A stretch of DNA of 37,482 nt from Candidatus Ventrenecus avicola (GTDB lineage Bacteria; Bacillota_I; Bacilli_A; RF39; UBA660): positions 1 through 37,482 of the forward strand of contig DVHP01000013.1 in the NCBI GenBank assembly GCA_018711945.1, given 5' to 3'. Both the position numbers and the translations under genes were made by a program. Below the pieces are notes generated by a model. The model did no database searches, was not told the origin of the DNA, and saw only the letters and a list, made by a program, of their open reading frames with translations. Numbering within the stretch: position 1 is the first letter of the stretch; each line of letters opens with the position of its first letter. Shown here in pieces: positions 18,552-27,988 of the stretch.

Positions 18552-19616
18552 TTAATTTGTTGCACAGATACTTTGCAGCTCTTGAGCTTTAGAAATAAAC
18601 TCAGAATAATTCTCTTGAAAGAATACTTCTCCAGTACAAGTATTAGCAACAAAATAGTAGTAATTCGTATCACTTGGATTTAACACCGCATCAATACTAC
18701 TAATATCCGAATTACAAATCGGTCCAATAGGTAGTTTACCATTCATTCGTCCATCTGTCAAACGAGTATTATATGGATTCATATTATTAATGTCATCCAC
18801 AGTTAAATAATCGTCTAAACTCTTACCAACTCCATAATAAGTCGTAACGTCACTTCCTAAAGACCAATTATCTCGAAGACGAGAATAAAAAACTTGAGCA
18901 GCCGTCTTACGGTCTTCTGCTGTATTCGCTTCTTTTTCCACAATAGACGCGAGAGTTAGAATTTGATGAGTCGTATATCCACTACTCGTAATAGCCTCTC
19001 TATAAGGCTCTAACTTTGTCCCGGTTTGCTTAAGCAAAGTTATAATAACCTCTCGAGGAGTAACAGTCTCTAAAAACTCGTAAGTATCTGGATACAAATA
19101 CCCTTCTAATCCATAATAAATATCACTATTTAAAATTTCACTCGTTAAAAACCAATACTCACCAGAATTCACAAGTTCATTCAAAAAGGTAGGATCATTC
19201 ACCTGTGCTAAAAACTCTTCTTCAGTAAAATCAAAGTTCAGAGAAAGTTCTTTTGCATAATCAGTAATTCTTAAACCTTCTCTTAAAGTAACACTCACCG
19301 TATTGATTTTTACATCCCCACGAGAAAACTTTTTTATCATTTCTTCTGGAGTCATCGAAGGACTAAGTTCATATTCTCCAGCTTGAATATTGTCGCGACT
19401 AAAAAATAAATACAAGTCTAAAACATATTGATTACGAACGAGTCCTGCATTTTCTAAATTCTCGGCCACCGTAGTCTTACTAGTTCCATTTTCAATCACG
19501 AATGTTACAAGAGAAGTATCTTCGGACTTCGCGCCCATTCCCCAAAAATAAAAAGAAACACCCCCAATAATCATAAGAAGGATTATCACTCCTAGTATCA
19601 CTAAAACTTTCTTCAT
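18552..19616 (-). CDS. mltG: Endolytic transglycosylase MltG
   Basis: TM anchor, LEGYLYPDTY, LASIVEKE, PYNT and PIGPICN motifs. Start at MKKVLV, overlapping the upstream stop. Confidence 0.95.
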   Translation of the reverse strand: MKKVLVILGVIILLMIIGGVSFYFWGMGAKSEDTSLVTFVIENGTSKTTVAENLENAGLVRNQYVLDLYLFFSRDNIQAGEYELSPSMTPEEMIKKFSRGDVKINTVSVTLREGLRITDYAKELSLNFDFTEEEFLAQVNDPTFLNELVNSGEYWFLTSEILNSDIYYGLEGYLYPDTYEFLETVTPREVIITLLKQTGTKLEPYREAITSSGYTTHQILTLASIVEKEANTAEDRKTAAQVFYSRLRDNWSLGSDVTTYYGVGKSLDDYLTVDDINNMNPYNTRLTDGRMNGKLPIGPICNSDISSIDAVLNPSDTNYYYFVANTCTGEVFFQENYSEFISKAQELQSICATN

Positions 19617-19903
19617 TACTTTTCTGTACCCACTTTCTCTTGTAGTTTTGCATAAATACTTTCTACCGTATTCCATTCTTCTTCTGTTTCCAAAGCCCCC
19701 AAAACCTTACCATTTTTTTCATACACATTCGCATACACTCTCAAAGCACCACTTTCATCATGCGTATTATCAGTATAAACAATATAATTCTTATTCGTTT
19801 CAGAAGACTCAAAGGCAAATAACTTTTGATATTCCATTTCTTTACCATCTTCACTTTCTAAAACAAAAACATCATTACTAACAGTTTCATTATTTTCTTT
19901 CAT
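19616..19903 (-). CDS. DUF1292 protein (YrzB-like)
   Basis: Acidic, NYIVYT and ETEEEWNTV motifs, plus synteny. Confidence 0.9.
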   Translation of the reverse strand: MKENNETVSNDVFVLESEDGKEMEYQKLFAFESSETNKNYIVYTDNTHDESGALRVYANVYEKNGKVLGALETEEEWNTVESIYAKLQEKVGTEK

Positions 19904-20321
19904 GTTCTATCCTTTCTTTCAAAAACGTTTCTAGTATTAACGAAGAAGCAACATTATCAATGACTTTTTTTCTTTTCTTGCGTGATTTATCTGCTTGCAG
20001 TAAAATTCTCTCTGCTTCTTTCGTAGTTAGTCTTTCATCTACAAAATGCACTGGCAGACAAAACTTTTGCTTTAAAAGTTCTGCAAAATCCTGACTTCTC
20101 TGGGCCGCGAAGCCACAAGAATTATCCATGTTCTTAGGAAGCCCTAATACAAAATCAGTAATCTTCTTTTCTTTCACAATTTTCTCTAATGCATCTATTA
20201 CACTTTCATACTCATTCTCTGGAAAATGAAGTGTTTGATAAGGCATAGCAAAAGTATTGGAAAAATCACTAACAGAAACTCCCAAACTTTTCGTCCCTAA
20301 ATCTAATCCTAAATACCTCAT
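19890..20321 (-). CDS. ruvX: YqgF/RuvX pre-16S rRNA nuclease
   Basis: GLDLGTK, VLGLPKNMD, DERLTT and KKVID motifs. Confidence 0.96.
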   Translation of the reverse strand: MRYLGLDLGTKSLGVSVSDFSNTFAMPYQTLHFPENEYESVIDALEKIVKEKKITDFVLGLPKNMDNSCGFAAQRSQDFAELLKQKFCLPVHFVDERLTTKEAERILLQADKSRKKRKKVIDNVASSLILETFLKERIEHERK

Positions 20322-20557
20322 TTTAAATACTCCTGTAAAATAAAGACTAGTAACTCAGCCCGATCAATGGTCAAAATTTTATCTCGTGCTCCCTTATAAG
20401 AGGAAATATATCCAGGATCTCCACTCATTAAATAACCAACAATCTGATGAATCGGTTGATATCCTCTCTCTTCTAACAACTTTGCAACTTCTTTTAAAAC
20501 CATCTTTGCATTTGCACTTTTGAGTATCTGCACATCAAATAAGGTTGTCGAATCCAT
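20318..20557 (-). CDS. ireB: IreB/ReoM regulatory phosphoprotein
   Basis: GYQPIHQIVGYLMSGDPGYISSY motif. Start at MDSTT after an AGGTGA RBS. Confidence 0.93.
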   Translation of the reverse strand: MDSTTLFDVQILKSANAKMVLKEVAKLLEERGYQPIHQIVGYLMSGDPGYISSYKGARDKILTIDRAELLVFILQEYLK

Positions 20558-20622
20558 AACATCACCTACTTTTGTACAATAACATTGTATCAAAAAGTAT
20601 ACTTGATTACAAGGAAGGGAAT

Positions 20623-20652
20623 AAAAAAATACCAAGAAATTTTCTCAGTATT
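20623..20652 (-). terminator. Terminator ending pilin cluster 2
   Basis: Minus strand AATACTGAGA-AAATT-TCTTGGTATT-TTTT, just after the 20657 stop. Confidence 0.7.
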
Positions 20653-20656
20653 CAAA

Positions 20657-20971
20657 TTAATCACTCGTACAACTACCAACATCCCAGATACAATTGAAAC
20701 ATCCCCAGAACTCACTTTCATTCCAAGCATCAACCCAACTGAAAATCAGGCTAATAAGTGCTGGTAAAAAGAAAATACATACACCCGCAATACAACGAAA
20801 GACTAAAGACTTCACTGCTTTCATTAAAGTATCTTCCTTACTACCAACAATTGCTTTAAACAAATCGATCATTCCAAAGCCAATAATGATAATTGGAATA
20901 AAGATTTTAGCAATTCGGACAATATGACCGATAAAAATAAAAGTACTACTAAGTCCAGAACAATAATCCAT
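20657..20971 (-). CDS. VirB2/TrbC-like pilin paralog (minimal, no signal peptide)
   Basis: KIFIPIIIIGFGMIDLFKAI..KED.....KSL.FRCIAGVCIFFLP hairpin, then CxxC-x6-C. Confidence 0.75.
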   Translation of the reverse strand: MDYCSGLSSTFIFIGHIVRIAKIFIPIIIIGFGMIDLFKAIVGSKEDTLMKAVKSLVFRCIAGVCIFFLPALISLIFSWVDAWNESEFWGCFNCIWDVGSCTSD

Positions 20972-21798
20972 TACTCACAACTCCTAACATTTAAAATACA
21001 CTTCTGACAAGCATCAAATTCCCCTTTTAAATTAGCCCAAGAAGAAATAAGGGAAAAAACCAAACTAACCAATGTAGGGATAAAGAAAATAATAACACCA
21101 GCTACAACACGGAACGCAAAAGACTTCGCTGCTTTTCTAATTTCATCATCTTTGGAACTCGTAATTGCTTTAAAGAAATCAACCATTCCTAAAGCAATAA
21201 TAATAAGTGGAATTAAAATCTTTACGACAAGCACAATATTACCGATAAATTGTAGGGGTTCTTTAAGTCTTCCACAAGTTTCAGAATCACTAACGGATGT
21301 GCTACCTCCAGTACTTGGAGTTGTACCAGAAACATCATTATCATCGCTACTACTTCCACTACCAGGAGCTTGACTTTGTTTATATAGATAAACTTCTCCA
21401 TTAGAAAGTGTAATAGACACACCAGCATTGATAATTGCTCCACGACTAGACAATTGATCAAAAGTATATCTTTCACAATCTCCTACAGCATTACAAAGAA
21501 CATAACGGCCAGAAGAATCATTATAATAAAACATTCTTGTTTGACCATTCAAAGAATTATTATAAAAGTCCTGTTCAACAGAATTAAAGGTATAAATGAC
21601 ATTATCATAAGCAATTTGCTGTGTCGTAAAGTTAAAAGTAACTCCACTTTGTCCTGGACGAACCTCAATACAGTTTCCACGACTTTCACATAACATATAA
21701 TTTCCACTAGAATTTTCATAATAAAATCCATCAGCATATGCAACAGGTAAAAATACCAAAAAAGCAACCGCCATAATGAGTAAATACTTCCATTTCAT
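20971..21798 (-). CDS. VirB2-like pilin paralog with signal peptide and duplicated N-terminal domain
   Basis: Signal peptide ending AYA, two FYYxxSSGxYxLCxxxGxC repeats, Ser/Gly linker, then C-terminal pilin hairpin and CxxC-x6-C. Confidence 0.78.
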   Translation of the reverse strand: MKWKYLLIMAVAFLVFLPVAYADGFYYENSSGNYMLCESRGNCIEVRPGQSGVTFNFTTQQIAYDNVIYTFNSVEQDFYNNSLNGQTRMFYYNDSSGRYVLCNAVGDCERYTFDQLSSRGAIINAGVSITLSNGEVYLYKQSQAPGSGSSSDDNDVSGTTPSTGGSTSVSDSETCGRLKEPLQFIGNIVLVVKILIPLIIIALGMVDFFKAITSSKDDEIRKAAKSFAFRVVAGVIIFFIPTLVSLVFSLISSWANLKGEFDACQKCILNVRSCE

Positions 21799-21800
21799 AT

Positions 21801-22292
21801 TTAATCCATCCCTTCAATTTTACAAGAATCACTACTACAAGAATTCACGTCACACTCTCCGTTTAACAAACATTCTGTACAACAACACCAGTTATTCGAA
21901 TAATCGCTCCACTCATTAACCATATTTAAAACAAGTTGAACAATTCCAGGAAGAAGGAAAATCGCAACTCCTGCAATTACTCGAATCATCAAAGACTTAA
22001 ATGCTTTCGTAAGACCATCATCTTTACTTGAAGTAATCGCTTTATAAAAATCCATAATTCCAAATCCTATAATCACTATCGGTATTATGATTTTTACAAA
22101 ATTTAAAAGTGTGCCTAAAAAGAGCATCGGCTTGCGATAGGAAGGATCAGCACAAATACTATCCACGGTAACTTCATCCCCTGCCAAAACTCGAATAGAT
22201 AAAGAAGAATCATATATTTCTGCTGCACTCACCTGACGAAATAATCCAAAAGATAAGAAAAGTGCAAAAGCTATAACAAACAATTTTTTCAT
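21801..22292 (-). CDS. VirB2-like pilin paralog with signal peptide and Cys-rich tail
   Basis: Start at MKKLF after a GGTGATA RBS. Same hairpin motif. Tail WCCCTECLLNGECDVNSCSSDSC. Confidence 0.78.
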   Translation of the reverse strand: MKKLFVIAFALFLSFGLFRQVSAAEIYDSSLSIRVLAGDEVTVDSICADPSYRKPMLFLGTLLNFVKIIIPIVIIGFGIMDFYKAITSSKDDGLTKAFKSLMIRVIAGVAIFLLPGIVQLVLNMVNEWSDYSNNWCCCTECLLNGECDVNSCSSDSCKIEGMD

Positions 22293-22294
22293 CG

Positions 22295-22360
22295 TATCAC
22301 CAAACTTACATGTCAATTATATCAATAAACAAGCAAAAAAACTAGTGCATTTTACACTAG
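22295..22360 (-). promoter_or_regulatory. Terminator + extended -10 + RBS cassette, copy 1
   Basis: Minus strand CTAGTG-TAAAATG-CACTAG-T7...TTTATTGATATAAT...GTAAGTTTGGTGATA. Homologous to 33123-33191. Confidence 0.75.
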
Positions 22361-22381
22361 TCACAAAAAACCACTTAGAAA

Positions 22382-23260
22382 TTACTTCCTTCGATTTTCA
22401 CTAATTAACTCCATATCCACAGTAAGTTGATTAATCCGTTCCATAATTCTCCTAGCTTTTATTTTTTCATCAGCTTTTTCATTCATAATAAAATGATTTT
22501 CTAACTCTTGCTTATTCAAGTTTGAAGTAAAAAAAGTTGTCAAATTATGATTCATTCGCGCTTGCAATATGGTCCCTAGTACTTCATCCCGACTCCACTC
22601 CGTCACTTTCTCTGCTCCAATATCATCAATACATAAAATATCAACAGTAGAATAATGATTCATATAAGAATCATACATCTCCCAATCGGATTTCAAAGTT
22701 CTTAAAATCTCCGGAAAATAAACAAGTTCCACGCGAGCCCCCTTTTTCTCCTCTAACTCATGAAGTAAAGCACTCACTAAAAAAGTTTTACCACAGCCAA
22801 AATTACCATGCAAATAAAGACCTTTCATGTTCCGAGAAAAATCATAATCAGAAAAGAACTGATCAAGCCATTTAATCACTTGAATTCGTTTCTTATCTTT
22901 CACATCAATATCTTTCATTCGTGCCGACGCACAAATATCTTCTTCACTTAAATGAGCCTTCTTTTGTTCTGCTTCCTGTTTTTTAAACTTACAAGGAACA
23001 TACGTAAAATAAATACGTCCTTCTTCTTTCTTTGGCATAGAAACATGACCAGCATAAAGATTTTTACACATATAAAGACCTTTACAAGAAGCGCAGTGCT
23101 CAAGCTCACTCAAAGTATCTTGTAATTTTGTAGTCCGTGATAATACTTCTCTTTTACTCCATCCCAAATGTTTTACCAAATTTTGAAATTTAGGATTCTT
23201 CATCGCTTCATCAAAATTCTTTTCTAAATCCTGATTCCTTTTCTGAAATTCTACTTGCAT
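22382..23260 (-). CDS. dnaI: Primosomal helicase loader DnaI
   Basis: N-terminal CxxC zinc site, GLYLHGNFGCGKT, IDDIGAE, WSRDEVLG, TFFTSN and RIMERI motifs. Confidence 0.95.
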   Translation of the reverse strand: MQVEFQKRNQDLEKNFDEAMKNPKFQNLVKHLGWSKREVLSRTTKLQDTLSELEHCASCKGLYMCKNLYAGHVSMPKKEEGRIYFTYVPCKFKKQEAEQKKAHLSEEDICASARMKDIDVKDKKRIQVIKWLDQFFSDYDFSRNMKGLYLHGNFGCGKTFLVSALLHELEEKKGARVELVYFPEILRTLKSDWEMYDSYMNHYSTVDILCIDDIGAEKVTEWSRDEVLGTILQARMNHNLTTFFTSNLNKQELENHFIMNEKADEKIKARRIMERINQLTVDMELISENRRK

Positions 23261-24027
23261 AATTCTCTCTCCTTTTGAAGTTTCAATTCATAGTTAGAAT
23301 AGCATTGCTCTAAAAACTCATTTTTCTCTTGCATTCTTCGTTCGACATAATCTCTCCCACATTCACATAAAATATCAAAATACCCTTTTACTTGATAATG
23401 ATACCAATAAGGATGGGTATCCTCTGATATAACCCAAGGATGCTCAGAATCTACATGATATAAACTCTCATAATAATTCATACATCCATTACTTCCTTCC
23501 ATTCTAAGAAGCTTTAAACGTAACGTAAAAATCATAATTTCTTCATCCTCATGTAAAATCTGAATCAAAGAAGCAAGTGACTCATCATAAAAATCATAAC
23601 TTTTCTCATAATAGCAAAACGGATTCATTTTAGTATAATGCATAATCATATCTAAAAACCGTTCATCCTTCGTTTTACGATAAAGACTTTCTAACCGACT
23701 ATATCTCTCTGGCGTCATGGAAGCATCTACCACTCGTTGTTTTAAAGTAAGTTGATGCGAATAAATCATACCATACTCCACTTCCTGATGCATAGAAAAT
23801 TTCCCCGAAATCTTATCTTGATACTTTTCTAGCAAGCTAGCAATCATTTTCTTTTTATCAAAATTCATTGGAAAACTCTCATTCTTTTTCATAAAAAACA
23901 ATTGCTGTTCTTCAAATTGACGAGCCAAATATTGTAAGACTTCATCATCAAAACATTCTACCATATAATTTCTTTCTTGAATAAATAACTCCATATCTTT
24001 AAAAGATTTTACTTCTCTAATTTCCAT
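23251..24027 (-). CDS. Hypothetical protein between dnaB and dnaI
   Basis: 258 aa soluble ORF, 3 nt after the dnaB stop and overlapping the dnaI start. Confidence 0.8.
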   Translation of the reverse strand: MEIREVKSFKDMELFIQERNYMVECFDDEVLQYLARQFEEQQLFFMKKNESFPMNFDKKKMIASLLEKYQDKISGKFSMHQEVEYGMIYSHQLTLKQRVVDASMTPERYSRLESLYRKTKDERFLDMIMHYTKMNPFCYYEKSYDFYDESLASLIQILHEDEEIMIFTLRLKLLRMEGSNGCMNYYESLYHVDSEHPWVISEDTHPYWYHYQVKGYFDILCECGRDYVERRMQEKNEFLEQCYSNYELKLQKERELCK

Positions 24028-24030
24028 AAT

Positions 24031-25317
24031 TTAATCCTTGTATTTCTTTAACATATCTTCAAGTTCTGTCGTCTCTTCTTCACTCAATGTTTCTTTACTA
24101 ATTTTCTCATCAAACCAAACCGGTGTTTCATTACTAATCTTTTTATTTGTTTCTTTTTGTAATCGATTCGTGTACTTCTTGTGTTCTTTTTCAGCCACTT
24201 CCATCGCATCTTTTGCAGTTTGTATATTAAGACGTTTCCATTGACCGGCAATGGTTTCTACAAAAGCTGTATTAAGTTTATTATTATTTTTCTTAAGAAC
24301 ATAGTCAATCAATACATTCACAACCGCTGGCTTTAATTCGACATCAACCAAAAGATACTCTAATAACTTTAAATCTCGCTGTGTTGGATTGCCATTTTGA
24401 TGCTTCGAACGCAAAAAATCATAAGGCGAAGTATTTTCAAAGACTTCAATAATCTTTCCTTTTTTACTAGTATCACCTGAAGGATTTTTTAAATATTCAG
24501 GTTGAGTACGGTAAATCAAAGTAGGAAGTTTCCCGTGATTGTTATATTGATAATACTTCCTTGTCTGAATTCTTAAAAATTCCTTATCAATACATCCCTT
24601 TTCATTCAAAGAAAGTCTAATAATTTCACACATTTTTAAAGTATCTAAATTATAAACCAATGCTAAGCTATTAATAAGTTCCCGCATTCGTTTGGTAAAC
24701 GTTTTCTCGGTAACAAGCCCTTTTGGCAAACTAGAAAGTAATAAATCAAAATCGACTTGATCTTGCATGGTGATACTAGCTTCTTCCCTTCCAACTGCTT
24801 CAAATGGTTCCACAAATTCACTACTCGATTTAAAAACCTTATCAAAAGGAGTTGTAATATCTTCATAGCCCTTTAATGAAAAATGAAGCGGACTAAATTC
24901 TTGTTTTAATAATTCATACTCCGTATTTCCTATATTATTATACAACACAACATTAAAAATAGGATTGGCAAAAAACTCTTTTGGTGTCATCGGTGAGTAT
25001 AACTCATACACATAATTATTAGGTTCTCCTGCTTCAAAATACGTCTTCACGAGTCCTACTGCCTCAAGTGTTTTACGAGCAAGTTTAATTGCATCCAAAT
25101 TGCTTTTTAAAATTGTCATTAAATGGTGATGATTATAATCAACACTTACTAAATTATACCGATCTAAATCTCGCCATAAAGTAAGATACAAACTGACAGC
25201 TTGTGAGCCAATAATAGGTTCATAAAGACTAACTAAATATTTTCGGTCCTGCTCTGTTAAAATCGTTTTATTTACAACAACATACTTATCTGCGGGTAAC
25301 AAAGTAACAAGGCTCAT
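24031..25317 (-). CDS. dnaB: Replication initiation/membrane attachment protein DnaB (Firmicutes type)
   Basis: LYEPIIGSQAVSLY, LEAVGLVKTY and VVNVLIDYVL...IAGQW motifs. Confidence 0.94.
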   Translation of the reverse strand: MSLVTLLPADKYVVVNKTILTEQDRKYLVSLYEPIIGSQAVSLYLTLWRDLDRYNLVSVDYNHHHLMTILKSNLDAIKLARKTLEAVGLVKTYFEAGEPNNYVYELYSPMTPKEFFANPIFNVVLYNNIGNTEYELLKQEFSPLHFSLKGYEDITTPFDKVFKSSSEFVEPFEAVGREEASITMQDQVDFDLLLSSLPKGLVTEKTFTKRMRELINSLALVYNLDTLKMCEIIRLSLNEKGCIDKEFLRIQTRKYYQYNNHGKLPTLIYRTQPEYLKNPSGDTSKKGKIIEVFENTSPYDFLRSKHQNGNPTQRDLKLLEYLLVDVELKPAVVNVLIDYVLKKNNNKLNTAFVETIAGQWKRLNIQTAKDAMEVAEKEHKKYTNRLQKETNKKISNETPVWFDEKISKETLSEEETTELEDMLKKYKD

Positions 25318-25397
25318 ATACTTCACCGTCCTTACTAGTATTATATGCTAAGAGTGAGTGGAACACAAGAAAAAAAGTCTTAACAAGAAGGCAAAAA

Positions 25398-26060
25398 TCA
25401 CTCAATTCCATCAATACAATTTTGATAAAGAAAGTTTTTAATCTCAGTCATATCACCTGTTTCGTAATAATGAATAAGATACGTAAAATAATCTTCTATT
25501 TTTTCTACTGGTACTGATAAAATACCTTCATCATTTCGTATCATCTCTTTATTAGCCACCAAATTAGCCACACGCTTATTTCCATCTAAAAACATTTGGC
25601 TTCTTTGAATAAAGCAAAACAAAGTAAGACATCTCTCTAAAGAATTAGATATTGATAAAATATTCTTTAACTCTGAATCATAATCACATTCACTTGGAAG
25701 TTTTGGCCTCCAAGATGTTCCAGTAATACCTACCCCTTTATCTCGATATTCTCCTAAAGGATATACATTTTGTCCCTTACATATTTCAAAATGTATTTTT
25801 TTAATATAATCCATAGTAAGAGCATCATCTATTGTATTTAAAACATACTCCCATGCGTCTTTGAGTCCTTTTAACTTTAACATATCATCGACTGAAATAA
25901 TTCCGGTATTTACATTTTGCATAAAGACATAAACATCCCCTATAGTAACAGGAATTCCTTCCAGAATTGCACTTCTATAAATAGAATCAACTAATTTTCG
26001 CTTAGCAAAAAAAATATTATCTTCTTTTGTCATATGAAATTTACTTTTTAAGAATATCAC
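25398..26060 (-). CDS. Fic/Doc family protein with non-canonical motif
   Basis: SAILEG, IKKIHFEI, GEYR and RSQMFLDGNKRVAN motifs. Confidence 0.88.
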   Translation of the reverse strand: MIFLKSKFHMTKEDNIFFAKRKLVDSIYRSAILEGIPVTIGDVYVFMQNVNTGIISVDDMLKLKGLKDAWEYVLNTIDDALTMDYIKKIHFEICKGQNVYPLGEYRDKGVGITGTSWRPKLPSECDYDSELKNILSISNSLERCLTLFCFIQRSQMFLDGNKRVANLVANKEMIRNDEGILSVPVEKIEDYFTYLIHYYETGDMTEIKNFLYQNCIDGIE

Positions 26061-26137
26061 CTTCCATTTAACCTCATCATATTATAAGAACAAATTAAAA
26101 ACAAGAAAGACTTGAAAAAAATTTTACTAACAGATTC

Positions 26138-26176
26138 ACCATTGTATAACATTACTATATTTTGTTATACAATAGT
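26138..26176. promoter_or_regulatory. Inverted repeat between virB4 and fic (operator or terminator)
   Basis: ATTGTATAACA-11 nt-TGTTATACAAT, with no clear U tract on the minus strand. Confidence 0.5.
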
Positions 26177-26203
26177 AAAAATTAATTCTTAAAAAAAGAA
26201 GGA

Positions 26204-27988
26204 CTATAATCCTCCTCCAGAGCCAAAAGAATCTAATTCTTCTTGCGTAACAATAATATTAATTCTCATTCGTCTGTTTCCACAAACAAACAAACCTTCT
26301 CCTTGATTATAATATTTAATACTGTCTTTCTCACTCTCATTTAAATCAATCAATTGTGATAAATCATCAACAGCTTGTTTCTTAAGTCCCATAACTAAAT
26401 AATAAGAAGCATTATCGAAGATTGCTTTACCATGAGTAATAATATTAGGAGCAGCAAAGTCTGTAGGTTGTTGAGTAATAATAATAGTTCCTGTATTATA
26501 TTTACGACTACGTCTTTGAATATTTGCTAAAAACTCAGCCCCCAACTCATTTCGACCAGATAACAAAGTATGCGCTTCATCCACATACATTACAGTATTG
26601 ACAGAACTATCCAAACATAAACCCCATGCATACTTCAAAATATTAAAGAACAAAGCATTTTTAATATTTTCTGCAGAATTCATTAACTCACGAATATTAA
26701 AAACAATAAAATCACTTTGAATATTTAAAGTCGTATGTCCTGTAAAGAAATAACGAAGCTCTTTCGTTAAAGGACGAATTTTAAGTTCTAGTCTTTCCAT
26801 AATATCCCGTTCATGAGTTTTTTCAGTCATTGATAGAAGTCTACCCTTAATCGTAGCATACACATCATCAAATGTCGGATAATCTTGACTCGTAAACTGC
26901 GTAAAATCCGTATCAAAATCAATTTTATAACGTTTATAGGTATCCTGTACGACTTCCGTAAACATCGTAAGAACATCTTCTTCAATATCAGGACTATAAT
27001 ATTTCATAAATGCTTGTAATTGCTGCAAAGTCTTAGTAAGAACCGTATATCCAAGTCCTTGACTAATCTCTTCTTCGTCGGCATCTAAGACTATTTCTAA
27101 TGGATTAACCATTCCGAAGTCTCCACCTTTGCCAAGATCTAGGAAGTCTCCTCCCATACTCCGTGCCATTTCCTCAAGCTCGCCTTCAGGGTCAATACAA
27201 ACAATCTTATATTCATTTCTTAAGTGACTACGAATGAGTAGCTTAGCCGCGGTAGATTTACCAGAACCAGATGCACCAAGAATAATAATATTAGCATTAT
27301 TACGATTGTTTTCTTTCTTAATTTGATACAAGAATTGATTGAATAAAATAACTCCTCCCGAAAAATCTACACCAAATAATGTACTGTTTCCAGGGTCCTT
27401 AATACTATCAAAAATAAACGGATACATCGCTGCAATCGTAGAAGAAGGAATCGGTGTACCAACACGTTCTTCCACATCCTGTTTTGGAAAAATTGGAATC
27501 ATCGATTTAATTACTTTCTCTTGTTCGAACATCAAAGAAATTCCTCGCATACCTAATGCATCTAAATAATTTCTTACTTGCATCTTTTTGTTTTCCATTT
27601 CATCTTTCGTATCAGCAGAAACTAAAACATGTAATTGAAAATCAAAAATTCTTGCTTGCGTTGCAACTAATTGAGAAATAAAAGTCTCCAAAGACTCATA
27701 ATCTTGACGAATTCTCTCTTGAATCGTTTTATCATGTTCTGTTTGATAACGTTGCTTTAAATCTGCAATCTCTTTATTAATCATTCTCTGCAAAGTAGAA
27801 AGTTCAATAGGAATATGTTTCGCTACAATCTTAATACCAGAAAGGTTCGTTAGATTAGCAAGATATCCCTGTTGAATAAACTTTGGATAACTAACAATCG
27901 TAAGAACAGTACAATACTTACCACTCATCATAAATTCTGTAGCTTTAAACTCTACTCCTTTAGGAGCAATCTGTGCCTTAATATTCAT
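26204..27988 (-). CDS. virB4: VirB4-like type IV secretion ATPase
   Basis: NANIIILGASGSGKS (Walker A), IDPEGE, NPLEI, MYVDEAH (Walker B) and RKYNTG...ITQQ motifs. Adjacent to PrgI. Confidence 0.92.
   Translation of the reverse strand: MNIKAQIAPKGVEFKATEFMMSGKYCTVLTIVSYPKFIQQGYLANLTNLSGIKIVAKHIPIELSTLQRMINKEIADLKQRYQTEHDKTIQERIRQDYESLETFISQLVATQARIFDFQLHVLVSADTKDEMENKKMQVRNYLDALGMRGISLMFEQEKVIKSMIPIFPKQDVEERVGTPIPSSTIAAMYPFIFDSIKDPGNSTLFGVDFSGGVILFNQFLYQIKKENNRNNANIIILGASGSGKSTAAKLLIRSHLRNEYKIVCIDPEGELEEMARSMGGDFLDLGKGGDFGMVNPLEIVLDADEEEISQGLGYTVLTKTLQQLQAFMKYYSPDIEEDVLTMFTEVVQDTYKRYKIDFDTDFTQFTSQDYPTFDDVYATIKGRLLSMTEKTHERDIMERLELKIRPLTKELRYFFTGHTTLNIQSDFIVFNIRELMNSAENIKNALFFNILKYAWGLCLDSSVNTVMYVDEAHTLLSGRNELGAEFLANIQRRSRKYNTGTIIITQQPTDFAAPNIITHGKAIFDNASYYLVMGLKKQAVDDLSQLIDLNESEKDSIKYYNQGEGLFVCGNRRMRINIIVTQEELDSFGSGGGL

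Noticed and set aside
20657-22292. Cys-rich small proteins as bacteriocin/RiPP precursors or holins
   Set aside because: No modifying enzymes, transporter or adjacent lysin are present, and they are clear paralogs of genes in the VirB4 cluster.
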